Assembly: GCA_963770835.1 (NCBI GenBank)
Contig: CAVYRH010000005.1
Coordinates: 256,001-320,000, forward strand
Reading direction: 5' to 3'
Length of the DNA: 64,000 bases
Source of the DNA: an uncultured Pseudomonadota bacterium
GTDB taxonomy: Bacteria > Oederibacteriota > Muellerivitia > Muellerivitales > Muellerivitaceae
Positions 19,624 through 29,453 of the stretch are shown piece after piece. Position 1 is the stretch's first letter, and every line of letters begins with the position of its first letter. The notes under the pieces were generated by a model. The model did not search any database. It saw only the letters and a list, made by a program, of their open reading frames with translations, and had not been told where the DNA came from. The position numbers and the translations under genes were made by a program.

Positions 19624-19905
19624 ATGGTTGAAAATAGGCCGCTTTTTCATGAGGCCTTCCTGCAGGTGTTTTTTCGAGTTTGGGGCGTTCTTCTAGCCCT
19701 TGCGATGTTTGCTTATGCCTTTCAACACCAAGAAATAATTTTGGCTTTGATCTCTCTCGCATTAGTTCTATTTGGAGGTTATCTATTAACGGGAAGAGCC
19801 AAAAAATATGAGAACCAGATCCGAAGAATAGTAATTATTTTTCAATTTATTTTTGTTTTTATTTTCATTGCACAATGGGTTCTATCACTCATTAACAAAA
19901 GATAA
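19624..19905 (+). CDS. small AT-rich membrane protein
   Basis: GGAGG RBS, three hydrophobic segments. Confidence 0.6.
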   Translation: MVENRPLFHEAFLQVFFRVWGVLLALAMFAYAFQHQEIILALISLALVLFGGYLLTGRAKKYENQIRRIVIIFQFIFVFIFIAQWVLSLINKR

Positions 19906-19914
19906 GGTATTATC

Positions 19915-20139
19915 ATGCCCAATAAATCAACCTTTGAAGACTCGCTCGTTAAACTCGAATCCATCGTCGAAAAGATGGAATCGGGAGACCTCAAACTCGA
20001 GGATTCCCTGAAGCTTTTTGAAGAGGGGATGAAACTAACCGCCGAGTGTAATCAGCGGTTGAATGAAATTGAAAAGAAGGTCAAAACCCTTCTCAAAACC
20101 GCAACGGCAAAATCCAAAGACGAAGAATCAAAAACCTAA
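19915..20139 (+). CDS. xseB: exodeoxyribonuclease VII small subunit
   Basis: FEDSL.KLE.IV..MESG.L.LEDSL..FEEG motif. Confidence 0.96.
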   Translation: MPNKSTFEDSLVKLESIVEKMESGDLKLEDSLKLFEEGMKLTAECNQRLNEIEKKVKTLLKTATAKSKDEESKT

Positions 20140-20157
20140 ATGAACCGGCAGAACCTT

Positions 20158-20259
20158 CACCCTCACCCCGACCCTCTCCCCTCAAGGGAGAGGGGGAAGG
20201 CTTTCAAGACTTTCGCATTCCTATCCCTCTCCCCTTGCGGGAGAGGGCAGGGTGAGGGG
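20158..20259. repeat. inverted pair of CCCTCACCC..CCCTCTCCC..GGGAGAGGG palindromes
   Basis: read directly; related pair at about 63070-63160. Confidence 0.85.
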
Positions 20260-20267
20260 TGATTTTT

Positions 20268-21164
20268 ATGCCTTTCAACATCGAAGCCTACCTCAAAAAA
20301 AACCGCCTTGTCGTGGACCGGGCCCTTCAACAGGTCTTTCGCAACGGTTCCAACTGCCCTAAAACCCTCTGGGCCAGCATGAAATACAGCGTCTTCGCGG
20401 GCGGCAAGCGGCTACGGCCTATCCTTTGCCTGGCCTCCGCCGAAGCCGTGGGGCTCCCTCAAGTAGAAGCCCTGCGGATCGGCTGCGCCTTGGAACTCAT
20501 CCACACCTACAGCCTCATCCACGACGATCTGCCAGCCTTGGACAACGATGATTACCGCCGGGGCCGCAAGACCAACCACAAGGTTTTCGGAGAAGCCATG
20601 GCCATATTGGCCGGTGACGGCCTCCTGACCTTGGCTTTTGAGTGGGTTTCCATTCCCACCGCCTATGATGCTTCCTACCGAAAGAATCTGCCGCAAGTCG
20701 TCCACGAACTCGGCCATTACGCTGGCTATCCAGGCATGGTGGGGGGGCAAGTCGATGACGTCCTCGCCGAAAGACAAAAGCCCACCTTGCCCAAGGTTCT
20801 TTCCATCCACCGCCGCAAAACGGGGGCCCTGTTGCTCTCTAGCGTCCGTCTTCCGGCTTTATTGGCCGGGGTTTCGCGTCCAAAGCTCAAGGCCTTTACC
20901 GACTTCGGCTGGGCGGCGGGACTGGCCTTCCAGATCGTGGACGACATCTTGAATGAAACAGGGGACAGCAAGGCCTTGGGCAAGAAGGCCGGCAGCGACC
21001 GGGAGAGGGGCAAAATGACCTATCCCGCCGCCATCGGGTTGGAAAAGTCGAAAGACGAAGTCGCGAACCTCACCCAAAAGGCGCTCCTGTCCTTGAGGCC
21101 ATTCGGACTCAAGGGAAGGCCTTTGATGGAACTGGTAATTTATATGGCCCGGAGGACGAATTAA
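20268..21164 (+). CDS. ispA: farnesyl diphosphate synthase
   Basis: GGKRLRP, SLIHDDLP.LDNDD.RRG, KTG and FQIVDDIL motifs. Confidence 0.94.
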   Translation: MPFNIEAYLKKNRLVVDRALQQVFRNGSNCPKTLWASMKYSVFAGGKRLRPILCLASAEAVGLPQVEALRIGCALELIHTYSLIHDDLPALDNDDYRRGRKTNHKVFGEAMAILAGDGLLTLAFEWVSIPTAYDASYRKNLPQVVHELGHYAGYPGMVGGQVDDVLAERQKPTLPKVLSIHRRKTGALLLSSVRLPALLAGVSRPKLKAFTDFGWAAGLAFQIVDDILNETGDSKALGKKAGSDRERGKMTYPAAIGLEKSKDEVANLTQKALLSLRPFGLKGRPLMELVIYMARRTN

Positions 21165-21166
21165 CC

Positions 21167-21622
21167 TTGAAACCCCTGGATCAAAGAGGAAGTCTTAATA
21201 TTCTTTACGTGACAACGGCGGCTTGGGCCGTTGCACAAGGATTGAAGGTTGCTATATATTATGTGCGCCATCGGAAGTTCAACTTTCGCTTGTTTGTTGG
21301 TACGGGAGGCATGCCCAGTTCCCATTCGGCTTTTGTGTGCAGCCTGGCAACCGCCATTGGGATCGAAAGCGGCTGGAATTCACCGGTTTTTTTGCTCTCC
21401 GTTGGGATGGCCCTGGTCATCATGACCGACGCGGCGGGTGTGCGCAGGGCGGCCGGTCAGCAGGCCAAAATCCTCAATGAAATCGTTGACGACATGTATA
21501 GCTCCAAGCCTGTTCCGCCTGAACGGCTGAGGGAACTGCTGGGGCACACGCCCACGCAAGTGTTTGTAGGGGCCTTTCTCGGCATAGGGCTGGCTTTCGC
21601 CTACTACGCCCTGGCAAGGTGA
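21167..21622 (+). CDS. divergent PAP2 family (DUF212) membrane protein
   Basis: GGMPSSHS, DAAGVRR.AG.QA and LGHTP motifs. Confidence 0.9.
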   Translation: MKPLDQRGSLNILYVTTAAWAVAQGLKVAIYYVRHRKFNFRLFVGTGGMPSSHSAFVCSLATAIGIESGWNSPVFLLSVGMALVIMTDAAGVRRAAGQQAKILNEIVDDMYSSKPVPPERLRELLGHTPTQVFVGAFLGIGLAFAYYALAR

Positions 21623-21627
21623 AAGGC

Positions 21628-21724
21628 AATTATAAATTTTGAGTTCTCGATTTTAAATTGTTGAGGATTTCCGCTTGGCGGAAATAGCCTTAATTTAAAA
21701 TTTAACATTCAAAATTAAAAATTC
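21628..21724. repeat. AT-rich 7-bp-period inverted repeats around a central hairpin
   Basis: (AATTTTR)n ... ATTTCCGC TTG GCGGAAAT ... (YAAAATT)n. Confidence 0.75.
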
Positions 21725-21742
21725 GACGAAGTTGGAGAAAGA

Positions 21743-23656
21743 ATGTACGAGTACCTCGATAAAATCCAAACACCCGCCCACCTAAGGGCCCTCCCCGTGG
21801 AGGCCCTGCCTAAGGTGGCGGAGGAGTTGCGGGACTTTCTGGTGACCTCTGTTTCCCAAACGGGCGGGCACCTGGGCTCCAGCATGGGCGCGGTGGAGCT
21901 GACCTTGGCCATGCATTACGTTTACGACACCCCCCAGGACCGCATCGTGTGGGACGTGGGGCACCAGGCCTACGGCCACAAGGCTTTGACGGGCCGCCGG
22001 GATAAATTTCCCACCCTGCGCCAGTTCCAGGGCCTTTGTGGCTTTCCCAAGCGCAATGAAAGCGAATACGACACCTTCGCCGTGGGCCACGCCGGCACGG
22101 CCCTTTCGGCGGCTTTCGGCATGGCCATGGCCCGGGACATCCAAAAGAAGAATTTCCACGTCCTGGCGGTGGTGGGCGACGCCGCCATCCCCAACGGCCT
22201 TTCCATGGAGGCCTTGAACAACATCGGTGACCACCCGGAACTCAACATGACCGTCATCCTGAACGATAACGAAATGTCCATTTCCCCCAGCGTGGGGGCC
22301 ATGACCAGTTACCTCAACAAGATCTTGGCGGGCAAGTCCTATAACGAAGCCAAAACCCACGTGGAGCGCTTCATCAACGGCATCCCCAAGGTCGGGCACC
22401 AGATGCTGCAGATGACCCACCACGCGGAAGAGGCCCTGAAGGGATTCATGACCCCCGGCACCCTCTTCGAGGAACTGGGCCTCCGCTATTACGGCCCCAT
22501 CGACGGCCACGAAATCCGGACCCTGGTGGAAATCTTCAAGAAGGTCAAACAGCTGAAGGGACCCATACTCCTACATGTCGTAACCCAAAAGGGCAAGGGC
22601 TACGCGCCAGCGGAGGAAAATCCCGAGAAGTACCACGGTGTGACGGTGTTCGACAAGGAAACGGGCAAGAGCACGGCGGTGAGCGTGCCCGGCGCGGCGC
22701 CGGCTTATACCAAGGTCTTCGGTGACGCCATGATCGAACTGGCCAAGGCCAACCCGAAATTGGTGGCCATCACCGCGGCCATGCCCGACGGCACGGGCCT
22801 GAAGAAGTTCGGCGAAACCGTTCCTGACCGCTATATCGATGTGGGCATCGCGGAAGGCCACGGCGTCTGCATGGCGGCGGGGCTTGCCTGCGAGGGCATC
22901 AAGCCCGTGGTGGCGATCTATTCCACCTTCCTCCAAAGGGCCTACGACCAGATCATCCACGACGTCTGCCTGCAGAAGCTGCCGGTGGTCTTTGCGCTGG
23001 ACCGCGGCGGCCTGGTGGGAGAAGACGGTGAAACCCACCAAGGTGTTTATGACTTGTCCTATCTTCGCTGTATTCCCAATATGACGGTGATGGCGCCCTC
23101 GGACGAGAATGAACTACGCAACATGCTTTACACCGCCGTCGAGCACAATGGCCCCATTGCTTTGCGCTACCCGCGCGGCAACGGGGAAGGCGTAAAGATC
23201 GAGGAAGGCTTCAAAAAGCTGGAAATCGGCAAGGGGGAACTCCTGCAGGATGGGAAGGACTACGCCCTTCTCGCCGTGGGCCGCATGGTGGGTGTGGCCA
23301 AAGCGGTGCGCGAGATTTTGAAGAAGGAAGGCCTTGAGGGCGCGGTGGCGAATATGCGCTTCGTGAAGCCCTTGGACGAAAAATTGATTCTTTCCATATC
23401 GGAAAAGAATAAAGTGCTTCTGACCCTGGAAGAAAATTCGGTCATCGGCGGGTTCGGCAGCGCCGTCTTGGAAGCCCTCCAGAGGCACGGCGTCACCGAT
23501 TGCGCGGTGAAGTGCCTGGGCATCCCCGACCGCTACATCGAGCACGGAAAGCCCCAACTGCAGAGGGAAATGTGCGGCCTGGAGCCGGCCCAGGTGGCTG
23601 ATGCGGTCCGGAAGATGCTGAAAGACCAGCAGCCGTTGCTGGGAGTTGTGTCCTAA
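21743..23656 (+). CDS. dxs: 1-deoxy-D-xylulose-5-phosphate synthase
   Basis: GGHLG, WDVGHQ.Y.HK, LNDNEMSIS, IAEGH, YSTFLQRAYDQ and RYPRG motifs. Confidence 0.98.
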   Translation: MYEYLDKIQTPAHLRALPVEALPKVAEELRDFLVTSVSQTGGHLGSSMGAVELTLAMHYVYDTPQDRIVWDVGHQAYGHKALTGRRDKFPTLRQFQGLCGFPKRNESEYDTFAVGHAGTALSAAFGMAMARDIQKKNFHVLAVVGDAAIPNGLSMEALNNIGDHPELNMTVILNDNEMSISPSVGAMTSYLNKILAGKSYNEAKTHVERFINGIPKVGHQMLQMTHHAEEALKGFMTPGTLFEELGLRYYGPIDGHEIRTLVEIFKKVKQLKGPILLHVVTQKGKGYAPAEENPEKYHGVTVFDKETGKSTAVSVPGAAPAYTKVFGDAMIELAKANPKLVAITAAMPDGTGLKKFGETVPDRYIDVGIAEGHGVCMAAGLACEGIKPVVAIYSTFLQRAYDQIIHDVCLQKLPVVFALDRGGLVGEDGETHQGVYDLSYLRCIPNMTVMAPSDENELRNMLYTAVEHNGPIALRYPRGNGEGVKIEEGFKKLEIGKGELLQDGKDYALLAVGRMVGVAKAVREILKKEGLEGAVANMRFVKPLDEKLILSISEKNKVLLTLEENSVIGGFGSAVLEALQRHGVTDCAVKCLGIPDRYIEHGKPQLQREMCGLEPAQVADAVRKMLKDQQPLLGVVS

Positions 23657-23670
23657 ATTAGATTTGTAAA

Positions 23671-23859
23671 CTGTCATTGCGAGGAGTGGCCGCCGAATAG
23701 GCGGACGGTTACGACGAAGCAACCTCAGTCTTAATAAGACTTACACCACCCATGAACTGGGGAGTGCGGTTGTAGTTGGCCCAAAGGGCCAACCACGGTA
23801 GGCCGAATTTCGGCCTACCGCTTCAAGCTTGCCCCGAAGTTCGTGGCTCGCAATGACAG
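23671..23859. repeat. composite palindromic element with 13-bp terminal IR CTGTCATTGCGAG
   Basis: CTGTCATTGCGAG...CTCGCAATGACAG enclosing several perfect hairpins. Confidence 0.8.
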
Positions 23860-23883
23860 CAAATTAAATTTTGAGGTTGAATT

Positions 23884-24882
23884 TTGCTTTTTAACCGCCG
23901 TGTGGTTCTCTTCCTAATCCTGGACGCCGTGATCCTTTTGGGCTTGATGGGGGTCTTCGCGGCGGTCAACCACGCATTTGTCCCAGGGTCCTCCCAACAG
24001 CCCCCGGTCAGCGTGGCCGACACCGTCAAAATCACCCCCACTATCCAAGCCATCCCCCCAACAATCGCCGTGCGAAAACCCGCCGGGACCATCGCCGAAG
24101 CCACCACGGCCGACGTTTTCGATTTGAAGAAGATCGTCTGTAAGACCGTCAAAGTGACCGTCCATACGGTCCAGATGGGGGAGAACTACTGGACCATCGC
24201 CAAGAACAACAACCTGGACGTTTATTCCCTTATCGGTGCCAATCCCACCATGCCCTTCAGGGCCAAGATCAAACAGACCATGAACCTGCTTTCCCGCAAA
24301 GGGGTCCTGCACGTGGTGGCCAAGGGGGAGGAACTCGCCAAGATCGCCCTAGATTACGGTGTGGACGAGAAGACCCTCAAGATCGAGAACGGTATCCACT
24401 GGTGGCATAACTTGCATGAGGGGGACGTGGTTTTCATTCCCAACGCCAAACCCCTCCTCATGGTCAAGGAATGGAAGGACTATTTCAGCCGGCGGGGCAT
24501 TTTCGGCGACCCACTGGGCCATTGGGAGAAGATCAATTCGCCCTTCGGGGTCCGGGTGGATCCCCTGACGGGTGATACACGCCATCACGGGGGAGTGGAC
24601 CTGCACGCCAAATACGGCGACCCGGTTTATGCGGCAGCCAACGGCAAGGTGGTCTTCACGGGCGTCTCGGGCGGTTACGGAAACCTCATTGTGGTGGCTC
24701 ACGGCAACGGATTACAAACTTACTACGGCCATCTTTCGAAGATTTACGCCAAAACGGGCCAGCGGGTGCATCGCGGTACGCTGATCGGCCGGGTCGGGGC
24801 CACGGGGCGCGTTACGGGTCCGCATTTGCATTTCGAGATCCGCAAAAACGGACGGGCCCAGGATCCGCTGTTGTATATTTGA
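23884..24882 (+). CDS. LysM-containing M23 family peptidase
   Basis: N-terminal TM, two LysM domains, HGGVD, YYGHLS and TGPHLHFE motifs. Confidence 0.93.
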   Translation: MLFNRRVVLFLILDAVILLGLMGVFAAVNHAFVPGSSQQPPVSVADTVKITPTIQAIPPTIAVRKPAGTIAEATTADVFDLKKIVCKTVKVTVHTVQMGENYWTIAKNNNLDVYSLIGANPTMPFRAKIKQTMNLLSRKGVLHVVAKGEELAKIALDYGVDEKTLKIENGIHWWHNLHEGDVVFIPNAKPLLMVKEWKDYFSRRGIFGDPLGHWEKINSPFGVRVDPLTGDTRHHGGVDLHAKYGDPVYAAANGKVVFTGVSGGYGNLIVVAHGNGLQTYYGHLSKIYAKTGQRVHRGTLIGRVGATGRVTGPHLHFEIRKNGRAQDPLLYI

Positions 24883-25034
24883 TCGTCACGAAGTCCACAC
24901 CCCCGGTTAAAAATCCGTCTTTCGAAATAAAGCTGAAATTTCCGGCATATTTGGGCGCAGGTTCAAACAAGCCAGTCATTGGTCCGGATTGTGAACTTTA
25001 ATTTGTCCCCCCCTCATGATATGGTGTTGACCAC

Positions 25035-28000
25035 ATGGACCCTCGATTTATCAAAGAAAAGGGCGTTGAAACCTATACCGGCAACGAGCTGATTCTCAAG
25101 GGCGGCCTGGAAGCGGGGTTAAACCTGCTGACCGGTTACCCCGGCTCACCTGTCGCGGATGTCTTCGAAGCCGCCGCCAACGCCACCCCCTACCTCAAAG
25201 AACACGGCATCCTCGCCCAAATCGCCAACAACGAAGCCCTCTCGGCCGCAAGGCTTAACGGCGCCCAAATGGCGGGCTTGAGAGCCATTACGGTCATGAA
25301 ATCCGTAGGCTTCCACGTGGCCGCCGACGCCTTGGTAGCCGCCTCTCTTGCCAAAAAGGGCCACCAGGGGGCCGGTGTTATCGTTATCGGGGACGACCCC
25401 TGGAGCGACACCACCCAGGTTCCGGTGGATTCCCGCCGCCTGTCCGACCACCTCTTTATCCCCGTTTTGGAGCCAGCGACTTTCCAGGAGATCAAGGATT
25501 GGGTTAAGGTAGCCTTCGAGCTCTCCGAGGAAGCCGACCTCTTTATCGCCTATCTCCTCATCACCTATACGGCCGAGGGGGGCGGAAGTGTGGAAGTCTA
25601 TCCCAACCAGCCGCCCAAGGGCTTCAGCACGCTCAATAAGGCCACCCTGGACAGCTCCAAGTTCGACATCACCCATTCCATCGTCTTGCCGCCCCATACC
25701 GTGCCCCTGGAGCAGGAAGCCTTGGAAGTCAAATTCCCCCGGCTCCTGGCCGCGGCCCGCAAGAAGGGAATCAACAAGCTCATACCGCCCAGTTCTTCCT
25801 CTGGCAAAAATGATAAAGAAAAATCGGGCATGTCCCATTCTCTTCTGGATCATGAAAACAATGGAAATGGGTCGGCCAAAGGCAAGGCTCCTTTTGCCTT
25901 CATCACCGCCGGGGCCTCTTATACTTACCTGGAACAAGCCCTTTCCGAATTCGGCATGACCGGCCATTTCCCGATCTTGAAATTGGGCCTTACCTATCCG
26001 GTGGACCCCGAAGCCATCCAGGAGGTTTTGAAATACACGAACACCCTCGTCGTGGTGGAGGAGAAGCGTCGTTTCATTGAAAGCCAGGTCCGCAACATCG
26101 TCATGGATCTTCATCAATCCGGCAAGATCAAGGAAATGCCGACGGTCTGGGGCAAGACCTTCCCGGCAGACTTGACCGGCTTCCCGGCCGACCAGGGTTT
26201 GAGCCCCGCCGTGGTCATGCGCACCCTGGCCCCGCTTTTGGCGCACACCGGACTTTCGACCCCCCAGGTGAAAAAAGAAATCCAGTTCATGGACAGCCTG
26301 GAACAATTCGAGGTCGCCATCCCCAAGCGCACGGCATCCTTTTGCCCCGGCTGCCCGCACCGCGACTCTTCCTCGGTCTTCCTCCAGCTGGTGGCGGACT
26401 TCAAGGACAAGGACTACATGAAAAAAAAGCACAAGCGGGAACCGCTGGATATCCTCTTCCACGGCGACGCAGGTTGTTACGTCCTGCTCTTCATGCCCCC
26501 CAACGGGCCCCTCATGCACAACTATATCGGCATGGGCCTGGGCGGCGGCACGGGCGCGGGCCTTTCACCCTTTTCCACCAACAAGTCGGTTTGCTTCATC
26601 GGCGATTCCACCTTCTTCCACTCGGGGCTGGCTGAAATCTCGGACTCCATCAAGAACAACCAGGATGTGCTTTACGTGGTCTTGGACAACAAGACCACCG
26701 CCATGACCGGCCACCAGCCCCACCCGGGCATGGAAAAGGACCTCATGGGCAACCCCACCTTCGGGCAGGACATCGAAAAGGTGCTCCACGGCCTGACTGA
26801 GGGCGAGGATGTCTCCATCGCGCGCGTAAACCCCGAGCTTCGGGACGACTACCGGGAAATCCTGGAGGACATGATCCTGGAGCCCGGCGTGAAGTTCGTT
26901 ATCGCCGACAAGGAATGCGGCATCACCTTCCACCGCCGCAAGCGGCTGGAAGTAAGCCGCCAGAAGGCCAAAAGGGGCTATCTACCCGTGCAGAAGCGCA
27001 TCAACGTGAACGACCACACCTGTGAGTATTGCCTGGAATGCACGCGCCTGACCGGCTGCCCGGGCCTGGCCATCGAGGACAGCCTCTACGGCCCCAAGAT
27101 GTCCACCGACCTTTCCTATTGCGTGTCCGACATGGCCTGCACCCGCGTCAAGGCCTGCCCGGCTTTCGAGGAACTCACCATTATCCGCAAGCACAAATCC
27201 GCCAACCCCATCCTGCCCGACCCATCCCATCTTCCCGTGCCCGAACCCTATAAGTTCGACGAGGATTGGCGGGCCTACGTGGCGGGCGTGGGCGGCATGG
27301 GCATCGGCAGTTCCACGGCGGTTTTGGTGCGCGCGGCCCTGAAGCACGGCTACCACGTGACCTTCTGCGACAAGAAGGGAATTGCCATACGGAACGGCGG
27401 GGTTTATTCCCAAATCACCTTCTCCAAACAAAAGAAGGTGGTGGCGCCCCTCCTGCCCCAGGGCAAAGCCAACCTGCTCTTAGGGCTCGATATCCTGGAA
27501 GCGGCCCGGGGCCTGGACCCGCGCATGACCTTCCGGGTCGGGCTCCAAGGAATACACCCATTCGGTGGTCAATACCCACAAGACCCACACGATCCTGACC
27601 CTCATGGGCCTGGATGACTTTGACACCGCCCAATTGTCTGAGATCTTCAAGCGGTACACCAAGGATTACTTCGGCGCGGACATGAGCAAGATCGCAGAGG
27701 ATTACCTGGGCAACAAGGTGTTCGTGAACATCCTCCTCTTGGGCGTGGCCTTCCAACGCGGGCTTTTCCCCCTCACCCTCCACGAGATCACCGACGCCAT
27801 CAAGGACAACTTCAGCCCCAGCGCCGCCAAGCACAACATCGACGCCTTCCATTTGGGGCGGGATTTGGCCGTGCACCCCGAAAAGTACAACGCGGAAGTG
27901 CGCATGAGCTTCCAAGAAATGATGATGAAAAAAGCCTCGCTACTGGGCGGCAACCGGGCCAGTGCCTACCTCGCCATGGCGGGGGATTTCCTGCAGGTTT

Positions 28001-28665
28001 GGGAGGGGGACAAGGAAACCCGCGTGCAGTTCGTGAACCGGCTCTACGACCTGATCGAATTCGAGAATTGGCGCTATGCCCAGAAATACGTGAACCGGGT
28101 CATGGCCACCCTGAAGAAGGACACCAAAGCCGCTGAATTCTCCGGCACCAAGGCGGTCGTGAAGTACCTGCATAAGGTCATGGAAATCAAGGACGAGGTC
28201 TACGTGGCCCATCTTTTGACCAGCCCGGAGAAATATGAGAAGGACGCCCGCCGCTACAAGGTGGATTTGGCCGGTGGGGACAAGATCGTGTACAAGCACT
28301 TCAACCGCCCCGAATTCGACGTCCTGGGCATGAAAATCCGCTTTGACATGAAGAGCCGCGACTGGATGCTGAACGCCATGAAACACATGAAGTTCCTGCG
28401 CCGCTTGTTGCCCCAATGGCACAAGAAGGAAAAGGCCTTTAGGGCCTGGTATGAGGCTTTAGTGGACCGTTTTGAATACACCAGCCCCGAGATGTACGAG
28501 CGCTGGGTGGCCGCCCTTTCTCTCCCCGAGGAAGTGCGTGGATACCGTGGTATCAGGTACCCGAAGATGGAACAGGCCATGGATCAAGCCGAGAAGATCC
28601 TGTCGGGAAAAACCTCGCCCGCCGTCAATCCTACAAACTCGCCTAAACAACTTTCAAAAGTTTAA
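25035..28665 (+). pseudogene. fused alpha/beta indolepyruvate ferredoxin oxidoreductase family gene with a +1 frameshift near 27541 (real or sequencing error)
   Basis: GYPGSP, FCPGCPH, TPP motif GDSTFFH..DNKTTAMTG, Fe-S CxxCxxC, GVGGMG and IKDEVYVA; removing one G at 27540-42 joins the two ORFs (RVGSKEYTHSVVN). Confidence 0.85.
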
Positions 28666-28695
28666 GCGCGTAAGATTCTTTTGATAAAACCCATC

Positions 28696-29436
28696 ATGCT
28701 CCGGCCTAAACTAAAGCAAATCCTTCTTCTTCTCCTTTTTTTGATCGCCATTGGCCTTTCTCCCAAACCCACATTCCCATTCCTTGAATCTGTTCTTAAT
28801 GCCCAGCCGACGCCAAATTTTCAAGATCCTGCCTTGGAAACCACGTTTAAGAAATATCCAATTGTCACTCCTAAAAAACTGGAACTTACCAAAGAATACT
28901 GCCAACAGCATTACGGATTGGATTCTTACAAGCTTGAAAATCCACAAATGATTGTCATTCATGACACTGAGATATCCACTCTTAAAGCATCATTACAGGC
29001 CTTCAAAGCCGATGAGGTCCTAGGTTTCAGGAAGGAGTTGGTCGGACATGGCAGGGTAAATGTTGGAATTCATTTTGTCGTGGACCAAAACGGGGATATT
29101 TATAGCCTTCTTCCAACCAATATCGTCGGCCGGCATGTCATCGGGTTTAACCATGTTGCCCTGGGGATTGAAAACGTGGCGAGTGACGAAAACCACTTAA
29201 CGGCCCAACAAGTGGAGGCTGACGTTAAGCTTGTGGAAATTCTGGTCAAAAAATTTCCGTCGGTTCAATATATGATCGGCCATTACGAATACATGCACAC
29301 CGAATTACCGCATTTCAAGCTCTTCAAAGAGCTGGAAAAAGATTACAAACCCACGATTAAAAGTGACCCGGGTGGAAAATTCATGCATGATTTGAGGGAA
29401 GGGCTGAAAAAGGACGGTTTAACTTTACAAGATTAA
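28696..29436 (+). CDS. N-acetylmuramoyl-L-alanine amidase (Amidase_2)
   Basis: IVIHDT, HFVVD..G.I, LGIEN, IGH.E and KSDPG motifs; N-terminal signal/TM. Confidence 0.9.
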   Translation: MLRPKLKQILLLLLFLIAIGLSPKPTFPFLESVLNAQPTPNFQDPALETTFKKYPIVTPKKLELTKEYCQQHYGLDSYKLENPQMIVIHDTEISTLKASLQAFKADEVLGFRKELVGHGRVNVGIHFVVDQNGDIYSLLPTNIVGRHVIGFNHVALGIENVASDENHLTAQQVEADVKLVEILVKKFPSVQYMIGHYEYMHTELPHFKLFKELEKDYKPTIKSDPGGKFMHDLREGLKKDGLTLQD

Positions 29437-29453
29437 ATATAAGTGAGGCATTT

